Origin: a virus
Lineage: Duplodnaviria > Caudoviricetes
Length of the DNA: 47,553 nt
Direction: 5' to 3' (one strand)
IMG/VR virus record: IMGVR_UViG_3300048865_000014
Location: 1 to 47,553 of that record
Shown: piece by piece, positions 46,023 to 47,553 of the stretch
How positions within the stretch are numbered: position 1 is the stretch's first letter
How the letters are laid out: each line of letters starts with the position of its first letter
Notes under the pieces: generated by a model
The model's database searches: none
Told to the model about the DNA's origin: nothing
The model's input: the letters and a program-made list of their open reading frames with translations, nothing else
Translations under genes and position numbers: made by a program

Positions 46023-46024
46023 GG

Positions 46025-46477
46025 CTAAATATTGTTCAGTCGTTCCACGTCGCGGGCGTCCTTCGCTATGTTCGTTGCCCGCTTTGACTCTATCAGGTCA
46101 TCGAGCGCAATGACAGGCAGCAAAATCCCTGCAAGCATCCGTGAGGCTCTCTTGTCATACGCGCGTGAGAACGTGAGTGGGTCGATCTTTCGCAACAGAT
46201 CGATCTTCCAGTCTGCATGAATCCGTGCGGCAGCCCTGGGACTTTGAATGCCATGGAGAACGTCGGCCGCGTCGCTGAAGTTCATGCCGCAGAGCAGCAG
46301 GCATGCGTAAACCTGTTCCAATGATTGCTGGTCTCCCGGGATCCATACGTCCAAGTCTTCGGTTGGCCGAATGGCCCCGTGTAGGTTGACCGCCCAGCCT
46401 CCCACAATCAGGAACCTAGGGGACCTCTCGGCCAAGAGTTTCAGGAATCTCGCTTGATGACTGTTCAGCGCATTCAT
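46025..46477 (-). CDS. Nucleotidyltransferase (DUF6036/AbiEii-like fold)
   Basis: IVGGWAV.LHG..RPTEDLDVW, IDL, LIESKRA...KD..DV..L. Confidence 0.8.
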   Translation of the reverse strand: MNALNSHQARFLKLLAERSPRFLIVGGWAVNLHGAIRPTEDLDVWIPGDQQSLEQVYACLLLCGMNFSDAADVLHGIQSPRAAARIHADWKIDLLRKIDPLTFSRAYDKRASRMLAGILLPVIALDDLIESKRATNIAKDARDVERLNNI

Positions 46478-46507
46478 GAGCCGAGTGTACGTCGGTCTGT
46501 TACGCCC

Positions 46508-46531
46508 AAAAAGAACCGCCCCGAAGGGCGG
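46508..46531 (-). terminator. Phage-supplied terminator for the reconstituted tRNA-Leu
   Basis: Minus strand CCGCCC-TTCG-GGGCGG-TTCTTTTT, ~90 nt downstream of the tRNA 3' end. Confidence 0.75.
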
Positions 46532-46539
46532 CAAGCTGT

Positions 46540-46577
46540 CAAATGCGGAACGCCTCGCGGAACATTTGCGGAACGCC
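46540..46577. promoter_or_regulatory. Putative integrase arm-type sites (three tandem GCGGAAC)
   Basis: CAAATGCGGAACGCC, GCGGAAC, TTTGCGGAACGCC; same motif at the other prophage end. Confidence 0.7.
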
Positions 46578-46617
46578 TTGTGTTTTGCGAGTAGGTACTA
46601 CGCTGCAAACCCGCATG

Positions 46618-46679
46618 GGTGGTGCCCGAGACCGGAATCGAACCGGTACGGCCGATTAAAGCCGGAGGATTTTAAGTCC
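46618..46679. repeat. att core, copy within intact tRNA-Leu
   Basis: Identical to 1082-1143. Confidence 0.96.
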
Positions 46680-46708
46680 TCTGTGTCTACCAATTTCACC
46701 ACTCGGGC
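46620..46708 (-). tRNA. tRNA-Leu(UAA)
   Basis: GCCCGAG acceptor, GAGGA-CTTAAAA-TCCTC anticodon arm, long variable arm, GGTTCGATTCC, encoded CCA. Confidence 0.96.
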
Positions 46709-46919
46709 GTGCTGGGCGGCGCCGTGCGCCGCACGGGGGGTTTGTCGCGCATTGAGTGCCCAGCGGGGACGGGCATTGTACCGCTTGGCGACGCCTGCCC
46801 GGCTCGGGGCGGATCGTGCAGAACATGCCAGGCCCGGCGCCGCGGCGCGTCGCGAAGTGGTTGAAAACGCGGACGGACGTACTCGGGGCGCGCACGAAAT
46901 CCGATACAATCCCGCCCGT

Positions 46920-47253
46920 GGAAGGTTGGCAGAGTGGTTGAATGCACCGGTCTTGTTCAATCGAGCGCCGCGGGGGAAACCCGGCGGATGTAAGGAGTCA
47001 AATTCGGTGAAGCCCCTGGACCCGCTTCCGAGGTAACGCCGAGCGAAGATCGATGCCGCCCACCGGCGACGCATCGATAACGTGTAGAGACTTGACGGCT
47101 CCCACCTAACGTCCCTTGCTCATCGGGACCATGGTGAAGGCAAAGTCCAGACCCGCAAACAGGCCGCAGCGCCTGGTGGCGAAAGCCATAGGGGTACGGA
47201 AAACCGGCGGGGCTTCACGGCCCTCGTGAGTTCGAATCTCACACCTTCCGCCA
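46920..47253 (+). tRNA. tRNA-Ser(UGA), intron-containing (exons 46920-46954 and 47199-47253)
   Basis: GGAAGGT/ACCTTCC-G-CCA acceptor; spliced anticodon arm CCGGT-CTT^GAAA-ACCGG; long variable arm; GTTCGAATC; TACAAT -10 at 46905-46910. Confidence 0.9.
46955..47198 (+). ncRNA. Group I self-splicing intron (IC3, Azoarcus-like), 244 nt, no ORF
   Basis: 5' exon ends in U, intron ends in G; IGS GAG (46963-46965) pairs with exon CUU; P3 GGAGUC/GGCUCC; P7 GACUU/AAGUC; conserved UCAAAUUCGG, AACGCCGAGC, GUGUAGAGAC, AUGGUGAAGGC. Confidence 0.92.
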
Positions 47254-47333
47254 CTTCAATCAAGAGGCGCCGTTCCAGGCCCGTGGATGCCGCGGTTCCC
47301 CGGCTGGCAATCCGCGGCATGGCAGCGATATGG

Positions 47334-47553
47334 CTACGCCACTTCGCCCTCGGGCTGCATCAGGAATATCGCCACGGCCATCACCGTCATGTAGAAATGA
47401 AAGGCGCTGTCCTGGCCGTTCCACTGCGTGGACTGCCACATCGAGAACCACTCGCCGCCGATCACCATGAAGCCGATGAACCAGATGGCGAAACCCAGGC
47501 CGGCGCCCACGATCCCCAGCGATTTGGCCCGTTGAAATACCGCAGCCGGCGCG
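47334..47553 (-). CDS. DUF2165-like small integral membrane protein (3' part, host gene)
   Basis: Hand-translated ...GFAIWFIGFMVIGGEWFSMWQSTQWNGQDSAFHFY...EVA*. Confidence 0.8.
   Translation of the reverse strand, partial: APAAVFQRAKSLGIVGAGLGFAIWFIGFMVIGGEWFSMWQSTQWNGQDSAFHFYMTVMAVAIFLMQPEGEVA

Larger units (their letters stand above)
1082..46679. mobile_element. Apparently complete HK97/lambda-like prophage integrated in tRNA-Leu(UAA)
   Basis: 62-bp direct repeat at both ends, integrase next to the left repeat, full set of lysogeny, replication, packaging, head, tail and lysis genes in lambdoid order. Confidence 0.97.

Noticed and set aside
46953-47200. Alternative reading as tRNA-Ser(GGA) or splicing after G35
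   Set aside because: GGA would need the intron to end in C; splicing after G35 would need a 5' exon ending in G. Only U34^G35 satisfies both group I rules and the IGS pairing
46476-47320. ORFs overlapping the tRNA genes and intron (e.g. 46476-47036, 46598-47074)
   Set aside because: Shadow ORFs over structured RNA genes; the intron is too short to encode a homing endonuclease
47287-47320. Inverted repeat ATGCCGCGG...CCGCGGCAT
   Set aside because: Most likely an ordinary terminator or stabilising hairpin between convergent host genes; single copy, so REP status cannot be supported

Overview
The window holds an apparently complete ~45.6 kb HK97/lambda-like (siphovirus-type) prophage (1082-46679) integrated into the 3' half of a host tRNA-Leu(UAA). 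A 62-bp direct repeat forms attL/attR. The host is GC-rich and probably a betaproteobacterium (inference). Host flanks are an autotransporter beta-domain on the left, and on the right tRNA-Leu, a tRNA-Ser(UGA) split by a 244-nt Azoarcus-like group I intron, and a DUF2165-like membrane gene. The prophage has the usual int/xis, early-left, cI/cro, replication, packaging, head, tail and lysis modules plus several accessory insertions. The standout is an immI-like island inside the tail operon (34.5-37.3 kb). Its Arc-controlled operon encodes a Rha-like protein, a minimal 190-aa RAMP/Cas7-like protein and a wHTH-like protein, followed by two non-coding tracts of strict 5-nt GGY-NN periodicity, each closed by a hairpin. 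This looks like a phage-encoded RNA-guided system. Reading the variable NN dinucleotides of tract 1 as codon positions 1-2 gives a peptide resembling a segment of this phage's own tail-tip gene, suggesting a gapped guide aimed at related competitor phages. Other accessory genes include a Schlafen/AlbA_2 protein downstream of cI, a P22 gp17-like protein, a lone nucleotidyltransferase, a gene under an SOS box and three lipoprotein morons. All protein family calls are by-eye motif recognition, not database hits.
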